The notes beneath the pieces were generated by a model. It was given only the letters and a program-made list of their open reading frames with translations. It did no database searches and was not told the origin of the DNA. Made by a program: the position numbers and the translations under genes. From Candidatus Omnitrophota bacterium (lineage in GTDB: Bacteria > Omnitrophota > Gorgyraeia > Gygaellales > Profunditerraquicolaceae), in the NCBI GenBank assembly GCA_026387435.1, contig JAPLLS010000085.1:1-63569 (forward strand): 63,569 bases of DNA, read 5' to 3'. Below are positions 1-7,246 of this stretch, piece after piece. Position 1 is the first letter of the stretch; each line of letters starts with the position of its first letter.

Positions 1-822
1 TTCCTCGATGCCCAGAAACAAGTGATAAAGTGCTTCTTTATTCGGAGGCAATCGCCTGGGATGAAACCGCAGCGCAGCGCAAGCTTCTTTTCCGTCGAAT
101 TCTTTTTTCTTTTTATTAATTGGAAGAGCACCTTTGAATATCGCGTCCGGGCTGTAAATATCCCCAACTCCAAAGAAACTATCCAGGGTAGGATACTGGC
201 CGAGTGGCGCGATATTCCCCCCCTCGAACCCGCGGCAGTAGTAAATCGCGGAGTTGAGCTTATGGCCTTTTTCGTCAAAAACCATCGAAGGTTTTAAAGA
301 GATCCCGAACTTGTCCAGGCTTACCCGGTTTAAAAGAGAGCTGACATGGCGATGGTCACGCAGATTCTTCTCGGACCGGCCGTATAAAGGGATAAATGAA
401 GTAGGAACGATCTCTAGTTTTTTACGGGAAATGTTTTTTACTTTTATTCGCATGATCTCGACCGGAAGATCAAAAGGGATAAAATTGAGGATCTCTATCT
501 CTAAACCTTTAATTTTTTTGGTGATCTTATGATAGAGAAAACCGGCTTCAAGCGTGTCTTGACCCGGGTGGGATAACCGAATAACTTTCCCTGCGCAGTT
601 TATGAAGAATTCCCGGCAGCACAAAGGGCTGCTTCTCAGATCTTCGACACTTGCGGGCTGGGTAAGGAAATGCTCGTTATCTTTTTTAATGTCACCGGAG
701 AGATTCGGCGCGATCGCGCTCAGGAGCCTACCGTTCGCATCAGCGAGAGGAAAATAGAGTTTATAGCGGTGGGGGTTTTTTATTAAAAAGGCGCCAAAAT
801 CGTCGATAAATCTGTAAAGCAT
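1..822 (-). CDS. Partial CDS (N-terminal 274 codons, runs off the left window edge); GH94-like glycoside phosphorylase (cellobiose-phosphorylase-like) N-terminal region
   Basis: Hand translation of the minus strand from ATG (revcomp of cat at 820-822) stays open to base 1: MLYRFIDDFGAFLIKNPHRYKLYFPLADANGRL...NLRDHRHVSSLLNRVSL... It is absent from the ORF track because it has no stop in the window. Family assignment rests on remembered resemblance only. Confidence 0.4.
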   Translation of the reverse strand, partial: MLYRFIDDFGAFLIKNPHRYKLYFPLADANGRLLSAIAPNLSGDIKKDNEHFLTQPASVEDLRSSPLCCREFFINCAGKVIRLSHPGQDTLEAGFLYHKITKKIKGLEIEILNFIPFDLPVEIMRIKVKNISRKKLEIVPTSFIPLYGRSEKNLRDHRHVSSLLNRVSLDKFGISLKPSMVFDEKGHKLNSAIYYCRGFEGGNIAPLGQYPTLDSFFGVGDIYSPDAIFKGALPINKKKKEFDGKEACAALRFHPRRLPPNKEALYHLFLGIEE

Positions 823-843
823 CTTAAAAATTTGGTTGCGAAG

Positions 844-884
844 ATTAACCCCTCACCTTCTCTTTAAGAAGATGAGGGGTTAAT
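844..884 (-). terminator. Long hairpin downstream of the 909-1589 gene (terminator-like)
   Basis: attaacccctca (844-855) pairs perfectly with tgaggggttaat (873-884). The loop itself pairs cttct/agaag. On the minus strand a U-rich stretch follows only after a short spacer. Confidence 0.45.
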
Positions 885-908
885 GAAATAAAATTTTCCC
901 GGCAATCC

Positions 909-1589
909 CTATTTCTTAGATTTAAGCTTTTCGATCGTCTCGTTCAAGAATTTCTTGGCAATATCCTGGCAGCCAAATCCGAAAGCCAGAGCAAAAGCCA
1001 GGCCGAACGAAGCCAGAATAATGCTGACGATCAATTCGATAAGCCGGGGAGCAATGCCTAACTGCTCGAAACTGATCAAGACTGCAAAAACTACCACCGC
1101 TACTTCCACCAGCTTAGCCAGCAATTTGGCCTGGGAAAGACCGGCATTTGTAGCCGCGGTCAAAACAATGTTTTTTAACATGGTGGCCGCGAACATTCCC
1201 AGAATAAGGATGAATACTCCGGCGACGATAACAGGAATATAGAGAACCACTCGGTTAAGCAGATCGTTGGCAAATGTCAAACCCAAGGCATTGATCGCCA
1301 TTACGAAGGTAATTAAAAGAGTCAGCCAGTAAAAAACTATCCCGATCAATTCCGCCAAAGTGTAGGGGATCCCGCCTTTAGATAAGAGATCGTCCAGTTC
1401 GATGCGCTCGGAGAGATCATCGACTTTGATGGATTTAAGCAGCTTAGTGACTAAGAACTTGACAAGCTTTCCTATAAGCCAACCAATCAGAAGAATGAAC
1501 AAAACCAGCAGTATGTTGCCCAAGAATTGGCCTATCTGAGCGATGACGATCTTAGCAGGTTCGACTAAAAGCAACTTTAATTCCGTCAT
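909..1589 (-). CDS. Multi-pass membrane protein, 'conserved TM helix' repeat / small mechanosensitive-channel-like (CmpX-like)
   Basis: 226 aa with repeated hydrophobic helices (LLVLFILLIGWLIGKLV, IVFYWLTLLITFVMAI, IVAGVFILILGMFAA and others). GGGAGG Shine-Dalgarno upstream of ATG. Confidence 0.45.
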   Translation of the reverse strand: MTELKLLLVEPAKIVIAQIGQFLGNILLVLFILLIGWLIGKLVKFLVTKLLKSIKVDDLSERIELDDLLSKGGIPYTLAELIGIVFYWLTLLITFVMAINALGLTFANDLLNRVVLYIPVIVAGVFILILGMFAATMLKNIVLTAATNAGLSQAKLLAKLVEVAVVVFAVLISFEQLGIAPRLIELIVSIILASFGLAFALAFGFGCQDIAKKFLNETIEKLKSKK

Positions 1590-1627
1590 ATCACACCTCC
1601 CTCAATTTTTTCCAACCATTACTATAG

Positions 1628-1730
1628 AAGAAAAAATTGACCCCGAGCCGGGATACGGCGAGGGGGAGAAATTTTTTCCTCGACCATCACTCAGAAAGAA
1701 AATTGACCCCGAGCCGGGATACGGCGAGGG
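1628..1730. repeat. Tandem direct repeat, two copies with 66-nt period, core AAAATTGACCCCGAGCCGGGATACGGCGAGGG
   Basis: TTGACC at 1637-1642 and 1703-1708; the 32-nt core is identical in both copies. On the minus strand each copy reads CCC-TC-GCCG-tatcc-CGGC-TC-GGG followed by GTCAATTTT (imperfect hairpin plus U-rich tail). Confidence 0.8.
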
Positions 1731-1782
1731 ACCACTTCATTTGCTTAACTCTATCATAACATTCAGGATATGTCAAGAATCT

Positions 1783-2445
1783 TTAGTCAAAAATCGCCGT
1801 CTTCTGCTTTTTCCCGTAAATGTAGACAGTGATGTCCTGACCCGAAACATGGCAAAAATAACTCCTGCGGTATTGATTGATAAGGCTAAAACCCTGTTTG
1901 CGAAAAAAATCTCCCGCAGCCGAAGACATAGTCGCCAGATACACGCCTTTGACTCTTTTTCCCTTGAGGTATTCTTCGAAAGCCGAGATCAATTGCGCTC
2001 CGGCCCCTTTGCCACGAAAATTCTTCCTCAGGTTGATATGCACGGTCGCGGGATAATCTTTATTAACTTCTTTCATGTTGAACTCGCCTTTTAAAAAACT
2101 CAGGAAAAAAGCAAAGATCATCTTCAGATTTTTGCGCCTGAAAATCCCCCCCGAGAAAATAAATTTAATCAATAATCCGAACAGAATCTTATCCTTAAAA
2201 GTCAAACCCAATGTCCGACAATCTATGCTGCCGAGAAGGTAACCTTGCACCCGGTTTTCGGAAACTGCTACAAAACAGGAACCTGGTTCATAATCCGTAA
2301 AATACAGCGTAAGAAAATCCGCCAATATTTCCTTACCGGAAAAGAATGCTTCGCCGGATTCACCCATAAAAGCGGTTTCCCAGGCGATATCCCGGACAGA
2401 GTCCCGGTCTTCGGGTTTGAATTTACGAATAATCATTTCTTCCAT
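1783..2445 (-). CDS. GNAT-family N-acetyltransferase
   Basis: 220 aa; acetyl-CoA binding segment NLRKNFRGKGAGAQLISAFEEYLKGKRVKGVYLAT is typical of the GNAT motif A (R/Q-x-x-G-x-G/A). Confidence 0.7.
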   Translation of the reverse strand: MEEMIIRKFKPEDRDSVRDIAWETAFMGESGEAFFSGKEILADFLTLYFTDYEPGSCFVAVSENRVQGYLLGSIDCRTLGLTFKDKILFGLLIKFIFSGGIFRRKNLKMIFAFFLSFLKGEFNMKEVNKDYPATVHINLRKNFRGKGAGAQLISAFEEYLKGKRVKGVYLATMSSAAGDFFRKQGFSLINQYRRSYFCHVSGQDITVYIYGKKQKTAIFD

Positions 2446-2448
2446 CGT

Positions 2449-3816
2449 TTATTTTATGGTTAAAATCCGCCAGGCAGAAGCTTCCAAGGGGAAATTGGGG
2501 GCCCGCGTCTTTACCCGGGTCAAGATCTTCTCAGGCTCTCCCAGAGTTGCAAGAGGCAGGTTGACAATCAAAGACCGGCCTTCAAATTTAAGTTTGGCGC
2601 CGTTAGCGGCGGCAATTCCGGCCTTATTCCTGATGCGCATTCCCAGCAAACCTATAGTTACGCTGATCTTGGGCATGGCCGCAAAATCCGAATTCTTCTT
2701 GTATCCTAAAAGATTGATCGTAATTCCCAGGTTCTTATCCAACTTTCTGCGCAGGTCGAGTTTGATCATCAGATCCTTGCCCCGGATCGCGTAAAATAAC
2801 CCCGTTAAATTCTGTTTGCCTTTCCCCTTTAAGCTCCTATCCTCGGGGGGCTCCTGATATACTACCACTGATTGCCAGGCAAGAGAACCGGCGCTGTTAT
2901 CTTTCAGGTTGATCGCCGGAAAATCCCCAAAAATCTCGTTCTTACGCGCATAACTATAAAGATACGGCGGGTTGCATTCGATCTCGCTTTTGTAAAAATC
3001 AACCAAGCCTTGTTTTACTTTAGCCTCCTTATCGGTAAGGATCAATTGCTTCCAGGATATTCCGCCTAACTGGGCTGGCGGCTTCAAAAGCAGATCCAGA
3101 TGATGGCCGCGCGGCTTAGGCCAACCGATCACATGGATAAGGTACGGGTAGATCTCCGGCTGGATAATTTTGCCTTCCAGCTCCCACAAAGCGATCCGGG
3201 TAAAAAGATATAATGACTGATGGTCGCGGTTAGTATCTGCCGGATGGGAAACGAAGATCTTGGTAGGTTGAAAATTATTGATCGTCGTTTTCAGGTCTTT
3301 AAGGATGCTTTCTCCGATATACGGCGCTCCCGGTGAGAGAGTGTCAGAGTAAGCGACCTTGGAAATCCGGGTCATCAGGCTGCGGTACGACTTAGCAGAA
3401 TTCCAGTAAAGGGTTAGAATAGCCATAGTCCCGAAATCAGGATAACCCAGAAAAATCATATCCTGGGCAGGCAGGCCAAGAGAGCTCATCGCCTTGATGG
3501 TCTCGCTTCTGCGCACTTCCCCCATATAGAGGAATTCTCCGGTCCGGAAGGTAAAACGCTTCTCATAGACGATAAAAGCCAGCTCGTTATGGTCGCCGTT
3601 AGTGTAACAGACCACCTGCACCCTTGCCCCGGCATCCCTGGCCCGCTGGATCACTCCCCCGGAACCCAGAGTCTCGTCATCAGGATGAGGAGCCAGGATC
3701 AGCACCCGGTCTTCTTTGGTGAACTCCGGGAGAGCGGGAATATCCGCGGCGAAAGCCCCAAAGGGCATAAACAAAAGTATAACTGCGGACGCTAATAAAA
3801 AATGTTTTTTTCTCAT
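2449..3816 (-). CDS. Secreted PIG-L/LmbE-family deacetylase with a C-terminal extension
   Basis: LILAPHPDDETLGSGG and NGDHNE motifs. The signal-peptide-like MRKKHFLLASAVILLFMPFGAFA begins at the internal ATG (3816), which I prefer over the ORF-track start at 3897 that overlaps dinB. Confidence 0.7.
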   Translation of the reverse strand: MRKKHFLLASAVILLFMPFGAFAADIPALPEFTKEDRVLILAPHPDDETLGSGGVIQRARDAGARVQVVCYTNGDHNELAFIVYEKRFTFRTGEFLYMGEVRRSETIKAMSSLGLPAQDMIFLGYPDFGTMAILTLYWNSAKSYRSLMTRISKVAYSDTLSPGAPYIGESILKDLKTTINNFQPTKIFVSHPADTNRDHQSLYLFTRIALWELEGKIIQPEIYPYLIHVIGWPKPRGHHLDLLLKPPAQLGGISWKQLILTDKEAKVKQGLVDFYKSEIECNPPYLYSYARKNEIFGDFPAINLKDNSAGSLAWQSVVVYQEPPEDRSLKGKGKQNLTGLFYAIRGKDLMIKLDLRRKLDKNLGITINLLGYKKNSDFAAMPKISVTIGLLGMRIRNKAGIAAANGAKLKFEGRSLIVNLPLATLGEPEKILTRVKTRAPNFPLEASAWRILTIK

Positions 3817-3854
3817 GGCGCTTATTATACTATCAAATCTTTGCTTATAACACT

Positions 3855-5021
3855 TTAATTTTTTACCCGGCTTATTGCCGCCGGATAAATCGACCAATCG
3901 CCCAGCCGCTGGTTAATGCTATCCACCGCGTCAAGCAGGCTTCTCCTTTTCTGGTCAGCCGGAAACAGATAAAATCCCTGGGCCGGGGCCAGAGCGGATG
4001 CGCATACGCCTAAAGCCCGGACCGGAAAATTCTTTAACCGGAAACTTTCCAGGATCAAAAGATTCCTTTCGTATATCCGGGCCGGGTCAGCGGTAAGAGA
4101 TTGAAAATTCTTCTCCCGGGAAAAAGCCGTTTCGCTTCCCCGCAGGTAAAGACTGGATACCCGTGATTCCAAACCCTGTTTGCGCAAGCGAAAAGCCACC
4201 ATCTCCGAAAGCATCAAGATCCAGGCTTCCAAATCTTGCCCGCGAAAGATCGCTTTTGCCAGGGTATAAGAATGGCTGACAGACTTAGGCGGCAAATCTT
4301 CATCCTGCCAGTAACCCACTTCTTCGTCGTCCTGGCCGCTGCTGACTTGAACCATCCACAATCCGACTTTCCCAAAACGCCTGATCAGTTCTAAAGAATC
4401 GACGCGCCTTAATTGCCCGCAGGTAAAAACCGATATATTATTAAGGTAACCCTTAAGGTGAGCTCCTATCCCCGGAACTTTCTCTATTGGCAGGTTTTCC
4501 AGGAACGGCAAAACATCTTTTTCTTCCAGAACAAGTAGACCGTCGGGTTTGCCGGCCTTAGCCGCCATTTTGGCAATGATCTTGGAAGGCGCGATCCCGG
4601 CTGAAGCGGTAATGAAAAAGGTATTCTTGATCCGGCTCTTGATCTCTTGGGCTATGTTGATCGCCGTTTTCAGATCCCGCGGGCTTAGATCCAGGTAAAA
4701 CTCGTCTATAGAGGCCCTTTCCATCCGGTCGGAGTAAACCTTGAGAATCTCTTCTATCCTGTCGGAAGTGTAAACGTACTTTGATGAATCTGCCGGGACA
4801 AACTCCGCCCAGGGGCACAGCCGCAAAGCTTCCTTGGTGGCCATACCCGAGTGTATCCCGAAAGCCTTGGCTTCATAGGAACAGGCAGCGACAACCGTAT
4901 GGAATTTCCTCCCCCGTGAACCGACCAGAAACGGCTTCCCTTTGTATACAGGATTAGCCGCCTGCTCAACCGAAGCGAAAAAAGCATCCATGTCAATATG
5001 TAGAATGATTTTGTTGTTCAT
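3855..5021 (-). CDS. dinB: DNA polymerase IV (Y-family translesion polymerase)
   Basis: ILHIDMDAFFASVEQ N-terminus, SIDEFYLD, and typical Y-family palm/finger motifs. Third gene of the lexA operon. Confidence 0.9.
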   Translation of the reverse strand: MNNKIILHIDMDAFFASVEQAANPVYKGKPFLVGSRGRKFHTVVAACSYEAKAFGIHSGMATKEALRLCPWAEFVPADSSKYVYTSDRIEEILKVYSDRMERASIDEFYLDLSPRDLKTAINIAQEIKSRIKNTFFITASAGIAPSKIIAKMAAKAGKPDGLLVLEEKDVLPFLENLPIEKVPGIGAHLKGYLNNISVFTCGQLRRVDSLELIRRFGKVGLWMVQVSSGQDDEEVGYWQDEDLPPKSVSHSYTLAKAIFRGQDLEAWILMLSEMVAFRLRKQGLESRVSSLYLRGSETAFSREKNFQSLTADPARIYERNLLILESFRLKNFPVRALGVCASALAPAQGFYLFPADQKRRSLLDAVDSINQRLGDWSIYPAAISRVKN

Positions 5022-5026
5022 GTTCG

Positions 5027-5305
5027 TTATTCGGTCAGGAGGCGCCAGGACATAGCTTCGGCGTCCAGAAAAATGCGGTAATCATCGCTTTTATCGGAGA
5101 CGCTGAAATAATAAATCAATCCTCTGCCTTTTCTTGCCGTCCAGGAGTAATTGATGCGGGAGATATTACAGCGGTTTTCTTTTAGAATAAAACACAGAGG
5201 GATAATCTTGCCTTTAATGAATCGGGCGGTCACTTCCACGGCCTCGCTTTTATCGCCGGCGTCTGCGGGGAGGTTTCTGTCCCAGCGCGCCTGCGGATTA
5301 AACAT
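5027..5305 (-). CDS. Hypothetical 92-aa protein embedded in the lexA-dinB operon
   Basis: Its ATG overlaps the lexA stop (AAATATGTTTAA) and its stop lies 5 nt before the dinB ATG. I recognise no family. Confidence 0.5.
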   Translation of the reverse strand: MFNPQARWDRNLPADAGDKSEAVEVTARFIKGKIIPLCFILKENRCNISRINYSWTARKGRGLIYYFSVSDKSDDYRIFLDAEAMSWRLLTE

Positions 5306-5912
5306 ATTTTCTTATAACCGAGATCACCCGGCCGATAACGGAAGTCGCTTCAGTGACAGGAATGTCGGAGTATTTTTTATTCGCGGCCTCAAGGAAATAT
5401 TTAGGATCCCTCCCCTGCTTGCCGTCTTTGTGGCGACGCAGAAATTTTACCGTAGCTTCGTCGCCGATAAGGGCTACTACGATCTCGTTGTTTTGAGCCT
5501 GAGACTGCCGGCGCACCACCAAAAGATCTCCCTCCATGATCCCTGCCCCAGCCATACTATCGCCTTTCGCTTTCAGGCAAAATAAATCATCGCTGGCTTT
5601 GAACCATTCTTCGGGCTGTAAGTAGCCTTCAATATCTTCCTGGGCAAACTGGGGTTTCCCGCAAGCGACCATTCCCACGATAGCTAAACCCTGCTCTTGG
5701 TTAATCAGCTCCAGCGAGCGAGCCTTGTTCTTGTTAAGTTTAAGATATCCTTTCCGGCTTAAAACCTGCAAATAGTCCCGCACCGTACCCGTGGAAGAAA
5801 AACCGAAAAATCCGGCCACTTCCCTTATGGTAGGAGAAATCCGGTCGTGATTGATCCTGTCCCGGATAAAATTTAAAACCTGTTTTTGACGAACGGTAAG
5901 ATCGGGCTTCAT
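5298..5912 (-). CDS. lexA: LexA repressor (SOS regulator, S24 peptidase)
   Basis: Winged-HTH N-terminus (TVRQKQVLNFIRDRI...PTIREVA), catalytic Ser in GDSMAGAGI and Lys in EATVKFL. I prefer the ATG at 5912 (MKPDL...) to the ORF-track GTG at 5930, which lies inside the promoter. Confidence 0.9.
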   Translation of the reverse strand: MKPDLTVRQKQVLNFIRDRINHDRISPTIREVAGFFGFSSTGTVRDYLQVLSRKGYLKLNKNKARSLELINQEQGLAIVGMVACGKPQFAQEDIEGYLQPEEWFKASDDLFCLKAKGDSMAGAGIMEGDLLVVRRQSQAQNNEIVVALIGDEATVKFLRRHKDGKQGRDPKYFLEAANKKYSDIPVTEATSVIGRVISVIRKYV

Positions 5913-5918
5913 AGTTTG

Positions 5919-5947
5919 AATATACCACACATTTGTGTGGTAGTCAA
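5919..5947 (-). promoter_or_regulatory. lexA promoter (TTGACT-17-TATATT) with a perfect 9-2-9 palindromic operator candidate
   Basis: Minus strand: TTGACT (5947-5942), 17-nt spacer, TATATT (5924-5919). Palindrome TACCACACA-nn-TGTGTGGTA at 5923-5942 spans the spacer and overlaps both hexamers. The -10 ends 6 nt before the ATG. Confidence 0.6.
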
Positions 5948-5989
5948 GATTTTAATTGTGGGCTTGGTGTTCGGCTATCGGAAGGATTA

Positions 5990-6487
5990 CTACCCAGCTC
6001 TTTTCTTTTCTTCCAGGAGCTGTTTTACCAGAACATCGATCTCAGCCTGGGATAATTTTCTTCCCGTGGCGTACTCTTTTTCTGAAGTGGCCTCTTTTGC
6101 GGAAGACGAAACGCGCTCTAAAGCCACCGATACTTTTATTTTTTCCCCGGGCAAAATCAACTTAAACTTATCCCGCGGAGCAATGACCCGGCCGATGACC
6201 ACCACCGGATTTTCCGGGACCGGATTTTCCATAACGCTCGCCGGAGTGGGGCCCAAAAAAACACAAAGGCAACTGCCCTCCGGGCAAAAAGCCACATCTC
6301 CGACATTCACCTGTTTGGTGAGGTCTTCGGAAACAGCCTGGACGTTTTTAATATTAAAGAATATTTCCTCGCCCCATTTAGCGACCACGGATTCTATCGG
6401 CAGAAGTTTGACGATATTCAAAGCGGTCAGGGAATTATCCAGCTCCACGACAAAATAATGATTTTCCAGCTTAAATATTATTTCGAT
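5990..6487 (-). CDS. Cyclophilin-like (TM1367-type) domain protein with a conserved C-terminal tail, paralogue 1; probable non-AUG (AUC) start
   Basis: WGEEIFF...VGDVAFCPEGSCLCVFLGPTP...NPVVVIGRV resembles TM1367-type cyclophilin-like proteins. The frame stays open upstream of the ORF-track GTG (6448) back to ATC at 6487-6485, directly after an in-frame TGA. The extension IEIIFKLENHYFVVELDNS aligns with MLIVFKAKNIGFYVKLNDS of the paralogue. AGGAG lies 7 nt upstream of the ATC. Confidence 0.65.
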   Translation of the reverse strand: MEIIFKLENHYFVVELDNSLTALNIVKLLPIESVVAKWGEEIFFNIKNVQAVSEDLTKQVNVGDVAFCPEGSCLCVFLGPTPASVMENPVPENPVVVIGRVIAPRDKFKLILPGEKIKVSVALERVSSSAKEATSEKEYATGRKLSQAEIDVLVKQLLEEKKRAG

Positions 6488-6504
6488 TCAGCCGCTCCTG
6501 TATA

Positions 6505-6732
6505 TTAGAAAACTCCCAAACCGCGAAGCTTGTCCTTAAGTTGCTGGATCTGGCTGTCTTTTTCCTGGATTTGAGCTTCCCGCTGGGCTAAAAGAACTTC
6601 CAGTTCTTGAATTCGGTTCTCTTTTTGCTTAAGATCAGTTTGGACTCGGAACAATTCATTTTTACCGGCGGAAGGAAAATGCGCACAACCGCAAAACAGC
6701 CCTAAAATTAACACGCAAGCGATAATCTTCAT
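6505..6732 (-). CDS. Small lipoprotein with a coiled-coil segment
   Basis: Lipobox LFCGC after a hydrophobic N-terminus; QELEVLLAQREAQIQEKDSQIQQLKDKL heptad-like region. Confidence 0.55.
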   Translation of the reverse strand: MKIIACVLILGLFCGCAHFPSAGKNELFRVQTDLKQKENRIQELEVLLAQREAQIQEKDSQIQQLKDKLRGLGVF

Positions 6733-7233
6733 TTAAAATCTTTCCCAGTGCAAAACCTCCTGCAAACTTCTTTTATCTGCGGCCCGGAAGACCTTATCGG
6801 TAACAGGATAGCCCAGGGCAATGATGCTGACCAACTTGTGGCTAATAGGGACACCGAACAAAAGATTTAATTCTCCGGCATAGGACTTTTTATCCCCGGC
6901 CACCCAGCATGATCCTATTCCCAGGGCCAAGGCCGCGAGCATCGCGTTCTGGGTGGCGGCAGAGCAATCCTCCAGAAAATACTTGGTGTCCTGCGAGAAG
7001 ACGAGGATCGATGCTGCGGCGCTGGAAATAAACTTTCCGTGCTCGGAAATCTCAGCAATATGCTTCAAAGCTTCTTTTTCGGTCACCACTACGAATTCCC
7101 ACGGCTGGACATTGCGGGCGGTAGGCGCGAACCGGGCCGCGTCCACGATATCCTCCAGGCAGTCCCGGGAAATCGGCTTATTCAAAAACTCTCTCACACT
7201 TCTGCGTTTCTTGATCAACTCTATTAAATCCAT
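6733..7233 (-). CDS. Nitroreductase-family oxidoreductase
   Basis: KKRRSVREF...APTARNVQPWEFVVV N-terminal signature of the FMN nitroreductase fold. Confidence 0.8.
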   Translation of the reverse strand: MDLIELIKKRRSVREFLNKPISRDCLEDIVDAARFAPTARNVQPWEFVVVTEKEALKHIAEISEHGKFISSAAASILVFSQDTKYFLEDCSAATQNAMLAALALGIGSCWVAGDKKSYAGELNLLFGVPISHKLVSIIALGYPVTDKVFRAADKRSLQEVLHWERF

Positions 7234-7246
7234 AATTTACCTTTTT

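Noticed and set aside
1628-1730. Possible CRISPR array
   Set aside because: Only two repeat copies are present here, plus a partial third 31 kb away. The spacing is not CRISPR-like, and the window has no cas genes and no leader.
1543-2094. Plus-strand ORF (183 aa) containing a repeated KIDPEPGYGEG peptide
   Set aside because: The peptide repeat is simply the translation of the 66-nt tandem DNA repeat. The rest of the ORF is antisense to the well-supported GNAT gene and has no RBS or family resemblance.
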